A DNA stretch of 63,652 nucleotides, the filler included, from Octopus bimaculoides (taxonomy: Eukaryota), in the NCBI RefSeq assembly GCF_001194135.2. It is 5 parts of 4 records of this genome, joined end to end, with 100 filler letters (N's around TTAATTAATTAA, not from the genome) between each part and the next. Parts side by side here need not be neighbours in the genome. Positions count along the whole stretch, not along the records: positions 29,061 to 50,346 come from NC_068981.1; positions 50,447 to 55,168 come from NC_068982.1; 3 more parts are not named here. The stretch is one strand, 5' to 3'. Positions 39,401-52,291 of the stretch are shown in pieces. Made by a program: the position numbers and the translations under genes. The notes beneath the pieces are model-generated. The model saw only the letters and a program-made list of their open reading frames with translations. It made no database searches and was not told the origin of the DNA. Position 1 is the stretch's first letter. Every line of letters starts with the position of its first letter.

Positions 39401-40929
39401 GATATATATATACATGTATATGTATACATTTGTGCAGATATATATATGTATGTATGCCTGTATATATATGAGAGTATAGTTTCACTGTAATAGATTCAGT
39501 ATGAAAATGAAACCAATAAAGTGAAAGTATCTGTCATTACAGTATCGAAATGTGATTGTTTCAGTTAGTGGAATAGTTTCATTTTTAAAGTGAAAGTATT
39601 TGACATGAGTGTTTTTGTTTCACTTTTGACATGTAATACTTAAATAGTGGAGGAGATATGATGTTGCTGTGGGCTGGAACTATGCAAGAAGTTAAAAATG
39701 TTTTTGACTAAAACACAATGAAATTGGTTGTGTAGTTCTCGAGTTTTAGGGAAGCACACAGACACACACACACACAGACACACATTCTCATTTATATATT
39801 ATACACACACAACACACACATATATACATACACACACACAACACATATCTATGCATATGTACACATATGCACATACATACATATATACATACATATGTTC
39901 ATAAATACATGACTACATTCATACAGGCATACATATATGCATACATACACACACACATACACACATCCATCCATCCATCCATCCATACATACACACATAC
40001 ATATATGCATGCATGCACATGCATAATGTGTTGGTATATCTACCTGTCTGTTTATCTCCCCGTAACTTAGCGGTTCGGCAAAAGAGACTGATAGAATAAG
40101 TACTAGGCTTCTGAAGAATAAGTCCTGGGGTTGATTTGCTTGACTAAAGGCAGTGCTTCAGCACAGCCAAAGTCAAAAGACTGAAACAAGTAAAAGAGTA
40201 AAGAGTAAAAGAGTAAACAGATATATCAGTGCATTCCTGGCTAATCCTTTAACTACATTATTTAATTTTATGGAGTTAATTATTCACCTCAACATAGAAT
40301 TATGTTTTTTTTTTCCTGAAAATCACGTTGCCCCACAGTAAATATGACACTCATCAACAAAACACAGATTGGTATATAAAACTGTTTGCCACAGTTTAAG
40401 AGTAGTGAAATTTTGAGTGGATATATCTGAATTCTGTAGTAAAAGGGTTAAGATAATGATAATTGCCTGTTTTTAGATTTATCTAACTCTTAAGAAGAGG
40501 AAATAGCAAATTGAAAGGAATACAGATGTAGCAGTAATACATGATAGGAAATCCTCTTTTACTAATTAATCTAAACCTGAACAATTAAATCCCTAAACTT
40601 GTAATACAGCCAGTTGTTACTTGTGAACAAGTATAGCTTGATAACATGTACTGTGATTTTGCCAGTTGCTTTAGGAGCTTATATAGACACAAGAAGACAT
40701 AGATGCTCACTTGGTCCTCTCACTGTTGGCTCAGTAGAATATCGAGGATGTAACAGCTGGAGGAATATAGGACTGCACCAGCACTGAATAAGTACTCAAT
40801 ACAAATGAGTAAACTGGAGCAATTTGAAATGAAGTGCCTAACTCAAGGAAATGACATGTTGCTGCCTACTCCAAGGATTGATCCCATGACCTTTTGATCA
40901 AGAGTCTAACACCCTAAGCGTGGGACCTC

Positions 40930-41145
40930 TATATTGGCTTCAAATTTAGGCAGAAGGCCAACAATTTCAAGGGAGTGAGTAAGTCAATTACATCGACCTC
41001 AGTGATCAACTGGTACTTATTTTATCAATGTCAAAAGGATGAAAGACAAAGTCAACCTCGGCAGAATTTGAACCCAGAACACAACTACAGACAAAATGCC
41101 ACTAAGCATTTTGCCCATCATGCAAACAATTCTGCCAGCTTACTG
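40930..41145. mobile_element. SINE (family D), CpG-decayed copy
   Basis: GGTACTTA.TTTATC...GGATGAAAG.CAAAGTC.ACCTCGGC.GAATTTGAAC. Less decayed copies at 49690-49870 and 52700-52905; others at about 11650-11800 and 31920-32100. Confidence 0.75.
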
Positions 41146-41525
41146 CCCTACTGGGCCTATATATTGACAACGGAATCTATTTCATACATTCAGTGTAACA
41201 TAAGTGTATACATGTTTTTTTTTTCTAGATAACATGTAACTATTCTGATAGTTTCTTGTGATTTGTATTTGTATCAGAAATGAATGCTTCAGCTATTTTC
41301 TCTTTCAAGACACCGCTTGACCTAGATATAAAATTTAAACATTGAAAATTTAGCAAGTAAAATGCTATTTTACAAAAATAGCATTTTACTAGCTAAATTT
41401 TCAATATTTTTATAAGTGCCTTGGGNNNNNNNNNNNNNNNNNNNNNNNNNNNNNNNNNNNNNNNNNNNNNNNNNNNNNNNNNNNNNNNNNNNNNNNNNNN
41501 NNNNNNNNNNNNNNNNNNNNNNNNN

Positions 41526-41560
<35 letters not shown>

Positions 41561-43661
41561 TCAAGTATATTTCCTGATTTACCTCTTATTTTAGAATTTA
41601 GCATTTCTGGAAATCTACAGTGATTGTGGTGATAGTGGCAGTGGTGGCTGAAGGTGATGCCATTGCTGCTGCTGCTGCTTATGAAATGATTGCTGCATTC
41701 TTTGTGTGTTTAAGGTTGATATGAGAACACAGTTCATCTGTGCAAATTGTAAGATCATGCTATTCCAGGTTTAGAAATTAATATATAAATTATTAAAAAG
41801 AGGGCTTGTACATTAAATAAGAAATCTTTTCAACAGAACTAATTCTGTTGTCAGCATTTTGGCCAGAACTTTGGTTTACACCTGTCATGGACAACCAACT
41901 TGTGGCCTGAGGGACTTTCTGAATGATACACCTTATGAAAAAGTTACCTTGAATTTTTTTAGCAGCACAGCCTTCCTGATGATGAGTCATGTCTCATGTG
42001 GCTTGCTACCCCAAAAAGGTTGCCCATGCCTGGTTTACATCTTGTTGTAAAAATTGACCTACAAATATTCCAAGTGAGTAGCAATTGTATCAATCTCACC
42101 AATCTGTGAGGATCTATATAGGTTATAAGCACAATTGCTCTTTTTCTTGATCAGATTACACTGTGTAACACAATTTTAGTTTTTTTTTTTTTTGTCATTG
42201 GTCAGTAAGTGTTATTTCCTATTTGTTTCTATCTAGAAATCAAAGGAAATGACTATTATTCTTTTTGAACTTTGCTTATGTGACCTGGACATCAATGTTT
42301 TCAGACTGGCCTATTTTCCATTGCCTTTCAAACAGATTCAACACTGAGTTGTTGAAGCAGAAATATCATTATAGCAAATATTCTGCTCAATACCATACAG
42401 ATTTGCTTGTCAGTTGCTTGACTATAACCAGATGAGCATGTCCCTTAGTTGCTGACAGTGTGTGTATCTCTGATGATAAGTAGAAGTAGTGGCGGAGTAT
42501 CATAGCCATATGTTGAAAGGGATTCTTTGGGGTTTGAATAAATGGAGCAAAAGAAAAGTTCGAAGGATGTATTAGCCATTTTTTATACTTTCTAAGGGTA
42601 AGCAAATAGGAAATAACAGTTGCTACCCAAGGACAAAAATCATGTTACACAGTGTTATTTGAAGAAAAAGAATGAATCAAACAAGACATTTGATATCACA
42701 ATAATTTCTTTAATTTGGGTTATGTTGTCTTCTCTCCAGACTTTAAACTCATAGTGTTTGTGTTTGATAACAAATTTTCAGAATTTTGAGGGCAACAACC
42801 AGTAGATTATACATAAAAAAGTATGTGAAGGTTTTGAATGTTCATTTAAATTTTTGAAGTATATTCATGATAGAAAAAGTATTTTAACTTAGCTGTTTAA
42901 TACTTTTAGCTAAACATATTCTGTAGTTCTGTTTCTCTTTTCTGCCTCAAATTAATGCTTATCATCTCCGTTATCATTTTATACGGAAAGTCTTAGTAGT
43001 TAATTCATACAGAATTTTGCATATGGGGTTATTTCTCATTCTAAACATCAAATTGAGGTGAGGTACCTTGCTATGCTGGACTTCAGCATATATAATTTAT
43101 TATATTTATGTAAGGAATTGAACCAACCTTACTATCCTAAGTAATTGACCAACTATGAGAAAGAGAGAGAGAGAGGGGATAGGATTGATATACACTCTAT
43201 AATGAAACAGTAACATAGTTGTCAAGATAAATATTCTATTTAGATAATTTTTGTTTATATGAATGATATGACAACTTGGTATGTCATAGATAATATATTG
43301 AACTACTGCTCAAAGGTTTTTGGCCCATTCTTATTCTTTTGATATGTATTTTTCTGTTTTACATTTATTTGTTAATGGTTGTATCAATGATAAGGATGAC
43401 TTACTGAGGCAATTGTTATCGATGTTATTGATCAAACCTGATTGACCCAGCATATTTATGATTAAAGGTATTCTAGTCATGATCATACTGTCTGTCTTTT
43501 TAGGTTATCTAGGAGTACTTGATCCAATGGGTCCTTATCATTTCTGAAATATATTTAAAAGAATTTGTATTAAAAATATTTAAAATGATACATATTAAAA
43601 CTGGAAAAAAATACTTATTTGTTCAACCCCTATTTTAAAATTAATGATACATATGTATATA

Positions 43662-43696
<35 letters not shown>

Positions 43697-44457
43697 NNNN
43701 NNNNNNNNNNNNNNNNNNNNNNNNNNNNNNNNNNNNNNNNNNNNNNNNNNNNNNNNNNNNNNNNNNNNNNNNNNNNNNNNNNNNNNNNNNNNNNNNNNNN
43801 NNNNNNNNNNNNNNNNNNNNNNNNNNNNNNNNNNNNNNNNNNNNNNNNNNNNNNNNNNNNNNNNNNNNNNNNNNNNNNNNNNNNNNNNNNNNNNNNNNNN
43901 NNNNNNNNNNNNNNNNNNNNNNNNNNNNNNNNNNNNNNNNNNNNNNNNNNNNNNNNNNNNNNNNNNNNNNNNNNNNNNNNNNNNNNNNNNNNNNNNNNNN
44001 NNNNNNNNNNNNNNNNNNNNNNNNNNNNNNNNNNNNNNNNNNNNNNNNNNNNNNNNNNNNNNNNNNNNNNNNNNNNNNNNNNNNNNNNNNNNNNNNNNNN
44101 NNNNNNNNNNNNNNNNNNNNNNNNNNNNNNNNNNNNNNNNNNNNNNNNNNNNNNNNNNNNNNNNNNNNNNNNNNNNNNNNNNNNNNNNNNNNNNNNNNNN
44201 NNNNNNNNNNNNNNNNNNNNNNNNNNNNNNNNNNNNNNNNNNNNNNNNNNNNNNNNNNNNNNNNNNNNNNNNNNNNNNNNNNNNNNNNNNNNNNNNNNNN
44301 NNNNNNNNNNNNNNNNNNNNNNNNNNNNNNNNNNNNNNNNNNNNNNNNNNNNNNNNNNNNNNNNNNNNNNNNNNNNNNNNNNNNNNNNNNNNNNNNNNNN
44401 NNNNNNNNNNNNNNNNNNNNNNNNNNNNNNNNNNNNNNNNNNNNNNNNNNNNNNNNN

Positions 44458-45510
44458 GCAGCAGGAAAACTGTGGTGAAGAGACATCTAGAGGGTCGAAG
44501 GAGGGTTGGTCAGTAGCCATAGCAACCAAATCAATCGAAGCAGGAGACGACAATGCACCGATAGGCAGGCGAGATAAGGCGTCGGCGGGGATGTTGTCAG
44601 TGTCAGCGATGTGGCGAAGGTCACTAGTGAACTGTGATATGTAGTCTAAATGCCTTGTTTCTCTGGGCGAGTACCGGGTCGTTTTCGCAATGAGAGCGAA
44701 CGTTAGCGGTTTGTGGTCGGGGAAAATCGTGAAATCTCTACCTTCAAGAAGATAAGAGAAATGCTTCACCGCCAGGTAAATTGCTAAGAGTTCCTCACCA
44801 AACTTGCTGTATCCCAATTCGGCAGTTTTCAGTTAGTGAGAGAAGAAGGCTAACGGCTGACTTCGGCTGTTGACAGATTGCTCTAAAACTGCGGCAATAA
44901 CTGATGATGATGCGTCCACAGTGAGTGTCAATTTTGCATCCGTAAAAGGATGAGCGAGGAAGGATACTTGAGCAAGGTCAGATTTGACAGATTCAAAAGC
45001 TTGGTCGGCTGTAGTAGACAGCATTATCTGGATCTCTTTTTTTCAAAGGAAGCAACTTCTCTGCAGTTAGGAATGAAACGACAATAATAATTAAACCAAT
45101 AAAATTTCTGAGCTGTTTTAAGGAAACAGGAGGAGACAAGCGTTTGATGCTTCCACTTTAGAGGGAAGTGGACGAATACCGTCAGCGTCAATGAGATACC
45201 CCAAGAATTCCAAACTGGTAGAATCGAATACACACTTAGCCAAGTTGATCTTCACATCATAGGAACGTAGGCGCTTGAACTGTTGGGTTAAGTGTTGGAG
45301 GTGCTGGTCTGGAGTACCACTGACGATTAGAAGGTCATCGACGAATACAAAGACAAAACCTAACCCACGAACGACCTCATTTATGAACCTTTGGAACATG
45401 CTGGCCGCATTACGAAGCTCAAACGGCATAGACAAGAATTCAAACGCCCCAAAAGGCGTGGTGACAGCTGTCTTTGGAAGGTCGTCGGGGTTGACAGGGA
45501 TTTGTGGTAC
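44458..45510 (-). mobile_element. Ty3/Gypsy pol fragment (RT-RNase H), frameshifted
   Basis: AYH.IPV.PDDLPKTAVTTPFG.FEF, MPF.LRNAA.MFQR, FVFVDDLLIVS, FLGYLID, TVDASS.VIAAVLEQ, ELLAIYLAVKHF..LLEGRDF.IF.DHKPL, N.PADALSR. Confidence 0.93.
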
Positions 45511-45515
45511 GCGTG

Positions 45516-45597
45516 TAACCCTAACCGTAACCCTAACCCTGACCCTAAAACCCCAACTCTAACGCCCTAGTGAAAATCGTGCGGGTGTTAATCTGAA
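45516..45597. mobile_element. Half copy of the telomere-repeat MITE
   Basis: (TAACCC)-like repeats followed by CCCTAGTGAAAATCGTGCGGGTGTTAATCTGAA, the exact reverse complement of 123-155. Confidence 0.8.
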
Positions 45598-47129
45598 AAT
45601 TTACCGAAATTTCTTCATATTGTGTGTCCAGCATTAAAAAAAAAAAAAACATCAAACGCTGAGTCCCGATCAATGTGCTTTTTTTATATATATAAATATT
45701 TTAACTATTTAAAAATGGTGGGCCACCAGTGAAGTTACTCTGGACATAAAATTCTAAATTAAAATTTTAAAAATAAGGTAATAATTAATGAAAATTAGCG
45801 CGCCATCCCCACCATATTTATCTTGTTCCGGGCGCTGGCAACCAATGTTATGTCACTGGGGTTAAGACATTCAATCATACTAAGAAGATATTACGCGAAG
45901 TAATTACGCATAGTAATTTCATTTTGCGTGGAAGCATCTATACAGTATTTTATTATGCTATATATAGCAGTCAAATATCTCTGTCTCTCTCAAATCATAC
46001 CCACCGTCTTAAAAAGTGGGGTGGGGGACGACACATTAGACAAAGTAGAATACTACAAAACGACAAGATATATATGGTTCGAACAGCTTTGGTGATACGT
46101 TTGCGCGATCAGTGCAGACATATGACCAGATGACGACGACGTTGACGATAGCGACGTGAGTCAGTAATTAGCAGAGTAATCGATATAGTATGGGTTGTGA
46201 ACAGTTAAATATATACCTCGATGTGAGCTCAGAATTTTTTCTTTCTATTTAGAAAGCTTTTATAAATATAAACCGGATCAAATTGAGTAGTGACGCTATG
46301 ATAAAAAAAAAAAACCCAATCAAACCAATGCTCAACAATTACACAACAATTTTTGCGATTAAAGTCAGCAAAAATACTGGTGAATAAGTTGTTGGTTATA
46401 GACAGACAGTCACAGACAGAGAAGTTACACATCAGAGAGAACCAAACAGTTATGCTTCACGCTAGGAACTATCCTCAATCAACGAGGGGCTATGCCATGG
46501 TAGCTGACATGCGTATTCATTTAATTACTTTCTCTTTCCCCCCCCCTCTCTCTCATTTACACACAACCACACAAACTGTCCAACTAAATCATTAAATCGA
46601 GCGTATAAACTTTTAAGAATAAACCGATGAATTGAAAATGAACGACTCCTCTTCTTATTCTTCCTTCATCCCATTTTCCTCACTGTGACAAAAGGAGACA
46701 AGGGTAGGGTCAAATGAGGTCCTACTCCTCGTTTGGCCCTACCCTAGTATATTTATCTTATTGTTAAGGACGCGTATTGATACGTAATTAGTCTCGTTGT
46801 AAAATTGTTGCCACAAGCGCTTTTAAAAATAATACTATAGTATTTATTGCAGGGCCATGAATAATATATCTTGTATCATGAGGTACATGAACTGCGTCAG
46901 TCCCAGGTCGTTGCTATAATCGACATTTTTGAAAGAAGTTTAGTGAATTCTGATGAATTATTGAAATATGCAAAATCTTTCTTTAATTTGTGTTTTAATT
47001 ACACAAGATTAACATATTACGAAAGTAAATAGACAGTTACAACCAAAAATAAAGGAAAAGACGTACGCACTCTCTTAATTCTGATACATAACAGAATATT
47101 GGTTTTCCCTCTTAAAATTTAAAAAATCA

Positions 47130-48440
47130 AACCCTAGTACTCATGACATTCTGCTGCTGATCTCGTGACTGAGGCACTGGAACAGTCCAGCCCTTTCACC
47201 TGACAGTATCACCTGATATTTAGATAAGAAAACTTTATTCTCAGAGGCCCGACTCTCGATGAACGTCTCAAATATCTCAGGTTTCAAGTATCTCAGATTT
47301 AAAACTACAATTCGTCTGCAAATTACTATATTTCAGTAACGGTTGCAGCATTTAGGATGTGTAATTGAGCAGAAGAATCGCTAACAATGGTGTCTGTAAT
47401 CCAAGGGTATCAGGTCTTTTTCCATTGTTCCTAGACAACTCACCTGGTTTCATAACCAAAGGAATATTTACTCCAAATTGGGCTAATGTTATGTTTAGAT
47501 TTAGCAAATGGTGAGCGTAGCGACCAGCATTCAATTGACATGACGATTTACAAAGAAACCCAGAATTAAGGGGCTTGTCTAATAGACACCTCATTACCCA
47601 CATATGTCAGCTCTGACTCCAAGAGCAATTAGAGATGCAAAACACATCCAATCTAAAACAACCACCGATGTTTTTAGCACTCACAAATTATTCTCATCCT
47701 GATTATTGATCAGATTTATCAAAAAGACAGTTGAAATATAGTTTAAATATAGTTTGGATATAAATTATTCCAAGCTCTCTGAAATGCACAACCCAAGTTT
47801 TGTGAACCCTTGTAGAGTTTCGTCAAACTCCTGGTTGGAGCTAGTCCATATTAAAAANNNNNNNNNNTCTTTTTCCATTGTTCCTAGACAACTCACCTGG
47901 TTTCATAACCAAAGGAATATTTACTCCAAATTGGGCTAATGTTATGTTTAGATTTAGCAAATGGTGAGCGTAGCGACCAGCATTCAATTGACATGACGAT
48001 TTACAAAGAAACCCAGAATTAAGGGGCTTGTCTAATAGACACCTCATTACCCACATATGTCAGCTCTGACTCCAAGAGCAATTAGAGATGCAAAACACAT
48101 CCAATCTAAAACAACCACCGATGTTTTTAGCACTCACAAATTATTCTCATCCTGATTATTGATCAGATTTATCAAAAAGACAGTTGAAATATAGTTTAAA
48201 TATAGTTTGGATATAAATTATTCCAAGCTCTCTGAAATGCACAACCCAAGTTTTGTGAACCCTTGTAGAGTTTCGTCAAACTCCTGGTTGGAGCTAGTCC
48301 ATATTAAAAAAGAAACGTTGCTCATCGAAGAGAAGCAGGTAAGATAGGAAACAGGAGAGAGAAGAGAAGAGTATTTACGTAAACTCAGACTTACACCGCT
48401 TGGCCAATGAAACCTGTTCGAGGAATTCTGAATCAAATTT
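47130..48440 (-). mobile_element. Decayed CRE-like (RLE-type) non-LTR retrotransposon C-terminus
   Basis: C.....GRYAHH.LN....LAQ.GV.....PGELSRNNGKRPD and later GERAGLFQCLS.EI match the Zn-knuckle plus 'L.R.DGKRPD' restriction-like endonuclease tail. Includes an artefactual duplication. Confidence 0.65.
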
Positions 48441-50446
48441 AACATTGACCAATCTGTTAAGGGAGCCTGGTGATGATGAATCGTATAAACGTATCATTAT
48501 GCAAAAAAAAAAAGCAAGAACAAAAAAAAAACTCTACAAACAATTCAGTTGAGTTTCCACCTTTAATAGAACTGGCTTGGAGGCATGCACAGTTTTTCAA
48601 GAGCAATNNNNNNNNNNNNNNNNNNNNNNNNNNNNNNNNNNNNNNNNNNNNNNNNNNNNNNNNNNNNNNNNNNNNNNNNNNNNNNNNNNNNNNNNNNNNN
48701 NNNNNNNNNNNNNNNNNNNNNNNNNNNNNNNNNNNNNNNNNNNNNNNNNNNNNNNNNNNNNNNNNNNNNNNNNNNNNNNNNNNNNNNNNNNNNNNNNNNN
48801 NNNNNNNNNNNNNNNNNNNNNNNNNNNNNNNNNNNNNNNNNNNNNNNNNNNNNNNNNNNNNNNNNNNNNNNNNNNNNNNNNNNNNNNNNNNNNNNNNNNN
48901 NNNNNNNNNNNNNNNNNNNNNNNNNNNNNNNNNNNNNNNNNNNNNNNNNNNNNNNNNNNNNNNNNNNNNNNNNNNNNNNNNNNNNNNNNNNNNNNNNNNN
49001 NNNNNNNNNNNNNNNNNNNNNNNNNNNNNNNNNNNNNNNNNNNNNNNNNNNNNNNNNNNNNNNNNNNNNNNNNNNNNNNNNNNNNNNNNNNNNNNNNNNN
49101 NNNNNNNNNNNNNNNNNNNNNNNNNNNNNNNNNNNNNNNNNNNNNNNNNNNNNNNNNNNNNNNNNNNNNNNNNNNNNNNNNNNNNNNNNNNNNNNNNNNN
49201 NNNNNNNNNNNNNNNNNNNNNNNNNNNNNNNNNNNNNNACCAATCTGTTAAGGGAGCCTGGTGATGATGAATCGTATAAACGTATCATTATGCAAAAAAA
49301 AAAAGCAAGAACAAAAAAAAAACTCTACAAACAATTCAGTTGAGTTTCCACCTTTAATAGAACTGGCTTGGAGGCATGCACAGTTTTTCAAGAGCAATAG
49401 CAATGTTTGTTAAATAAAATGCTAACAGCTAGCGAATCAAAATGACGCTCGTGTCAACTTAGATCATTCACGGTCACCATATTCTTTGATATTTATGTAA
49501 AGCTATGCTTCCTAATTTTTTTCATCTACATGATATTTTTTATCGATAAATTCTATGATCGTCTCCAATGTGTGTGTGTGTGTGTGTGTGTGTGATGCAA
49601 ACAAGAAAAATAGAACTCAAAACGTGAATATATATATTATTGATATTTAGCAGAAATAAGGTGTCGAGCTAACAGGATCGTTAGTACACCAGACAAATTG
49701 CTGAGTGGCATTTCTTCCGTTTTTACGTTCTGAGTTCAAATTCCACCTAAGTCGACGTTGCCTTTCATCCTTTCGGGGCCGATAAAATAAGTACCAACTG
49801 AGCTCTGGGGTTGATGTAATCGACTTACACCTTCTTCCGAAATTGCTGGGTTTGTGCCAAAATGATCAGAAGTTTGATAACTGTCAACGCACGAAACTCT
49901 CAGCCCCTGAGTCATTCTGTTAATTCTGACACACACACACGCACACACATGAACTGACGTGGCTATGTGGTAAGAAGCTACATGTCACCTTGGGCAAGTG
50001 TCTTCTATTAAAGCCTCGGGCCGACAAAGGCTTTGTGAGTGGATTTGGTAGACAGGAACTGAAAGAAGCCCGTCGTATATGTGTGTGTGTGTGTGTGTCA
50101 CCACTGCTTGATAACTGGTGTTGGTGTGTTTATGTTCCCGTAACTTAGCGGTTCAGCCAAGTGATCAATAGAATAAGCGTTGGCTTAAGAAGAAAATAAT
50201 TGCAGGGATCTATTAGTTTCATTAAAATTCGTGAAGGTGATGCCCCAGCATGATCGCAGTATAATGACTGAAACAAGTAAAAGATATATATATATATATA
50301 TCTAAAATATGTTTTTGTATTATATATGTATTATATATGAAAAATANNNNNNNNNNNNNNNNNNNNNNNNNNNNNNNNNNNNNNNNNNNNTTAATTAATT
50401 AANNNNNNNNNNNNNNNNNNNNNNNNNNNNNNNNNNNNNNNNNNNN

Positions 50447-50477
<31 letters not shown>

Positions 50478-50498
50478 CACACATACGTATATACATAT

Positions 50499-50568
<70 letters not shown>

Positions 50569-51226
50569 CGGGACAACCCGAAGAAACTGAGTTGCAATTT
50601 TTTCGAAATCTTTTAAATGCAATTCAAATGAAAATGCTAAGCGATTTAAATAGAAGCAGAATATATTTCCATTCCTATTTCTCAGAATTATTCTGACATT
50701 GTGAATGACAGTAACCCGCTATCTAGCACACGTTCTTTACAATTAAATCCATTCCAGAGAGAGATAATATTCTATTGTAACAACATATAAACGCCAGCGC
50801 TTATAAAAGTATTTGTGGTTTTTGGGTTTGGCGGGGTTTATCTGCAGCTGTTCTTTCATAAAAATTTACCAAAATAATTCCAATGTATTCCTTCGTATTA
50901 TCGGATGACTTTGTTCTTCGAAATTCCCAAGTTGAACGTACGAAATATTCCATCAGAAATAATAATTCATTGGATTTATTTGGGGATTCTTGAAGGCTAT
51001 TTTGGAATATGTATTCTAAAATTTGTCACAAAGACTCTTTTGTATTCTTTTTCCGCACTTTAATGGTGTTTCTTTGCGTTTTGCGGGGTTTTTTTTCTTT
51101 TTTTAACTTTTGCTGTTGATATATTTAAACAATTATTTTTGCAAAATCGTTTCTATTAAGATGTATTTGTGCACACATAAAGCATGCATATTCTCTATTG
51201 TTTATGCTCTATGTAATTATGTATAT

Positions 51227-51278
<52 letters not shown>

Positions 51279-51821
51279 NNNNNNNNNNNNNNNNNNNNNN
51301 NNNNNNNNNNNNNNNNNNNNNNNNNNNNNNNNNNNNNNNNNNNNNNNNNNNNNNNNNNNNNNNNNNNNNNNNNNNNNNNNNNNNNNNNNNNNNNNNNNNN
51401 NNNNNNNNNNNNNNNNNNNNNNNNNNNNNNNNNNNNNNNNNNNNNNNNNNNNNNNNNNNNNNNNNNNNNNNNNNNNNNNNNNNNNNNNNNNNNNNNNNNN
51501 NNNNNNNNNNNNNNNNNNNNNNNNNNNNNNNNNNNNNNNNNNNNNNNNNNNNNNNNNNNNNNNNNNNNNNNNNNNNNNNNNNNNNNNNNNNNNNNNNNNN
51601 NNNNNNNNNNNNNNNNNNNNNNNNNNNNNNNNNNNNNNNNNNNNNNNNNNNNNNNNNNNNNNNNNNNNNNNNNNNNNNNNNNNNNNNNNNNNNNNNNNNN
51701 NNNNNNNNNNNNNNNNNNNNNNNNNNNNNNNNNNNNNNNNNNNNNNNNNNNNNNNNNNNNNNNNNNNNNNNNNNNNNNNNNNNNNNNNNNNNNNNNNNNN
51801 NNGCACACACTTGCAAATGAA

Positions 51822-52153
51822 GACGCATGGCTCAGTGGTTAGAGCATTAGGCTTACAATTATGAGGTAACAAGAACGATTCCCGGATAGGACTCTGTGGT
51901 GTGTTCTTGAGTAAAGCACTTTATTTCACGTTGCTTCAGTTCATTCATCTGTAGAAATGAGTTGTGACGTCACTGGTGCCAAGCTGTATCGGTCCCTTTG
52001 CCTTTGCCTTGGATAACATCGTCGGCGTGGAGAGGGGAAGCTGGTATGCACGTGCAACCGCTAGTCTTCCATAAACAACCTTGCCCTGTCTTGGCCCTCG
52101 GAGGGTAACTTTCTAGGCGCAATCCCATGGTCAGTCATGACCGAGGGGGGTCT
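51822..52153 (+). mobile_element. tRNA-derived SINE (family A)
   Basis: Homologous to 10335-10661, with CpGs retained. Confidence 0.85.
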
Positions 52154-52236
52154 TTACTCTTTTATATATTATGATATGGGTGGAACATTAGCAATTAAAA
52201 CCTAAAGGTAAATAAATAAACCGGAGTATCAGTGAG

Positions 52237-52291
52237 ATCCACTGATGAGAACTAAGATGATTATCAGAGTTCGAAATCACGTGATATGGAT
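52237..52291 (+). ncRNA. Type I hammerhead ribozyme motif with palindromic helix III
   Basis: ATCCA-CTGATGA-GAACT(14-nt loop)AGTTC-GAAA-TCACGTGA-TA-TGGAT: 5-bp helix I, 5-bp helix II, intact core, 10-nt palindrome ATCACGTGAT, AUA triplet. Confidence 0.8.

Noticed and set aside
47415-48310. Apparently identical 443-bp tandem duplication
   Set aside because: The copies are separated by a 10-N gap and show no visible differences. This is typical of an unmerged contig overlap.
48448-49398. 160-bp direct repeat flanking a long gap (48448-48607, 49239-49398)
   Set aside because: Identical sequence on both sides of an N-run is most simply an assembly overlap artefact.
50700-51060. Possible Tx1/L1-like retroelement C-terminal remnant
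   Set aside because: The motif resemblance is too weak to support a call without an alignment.
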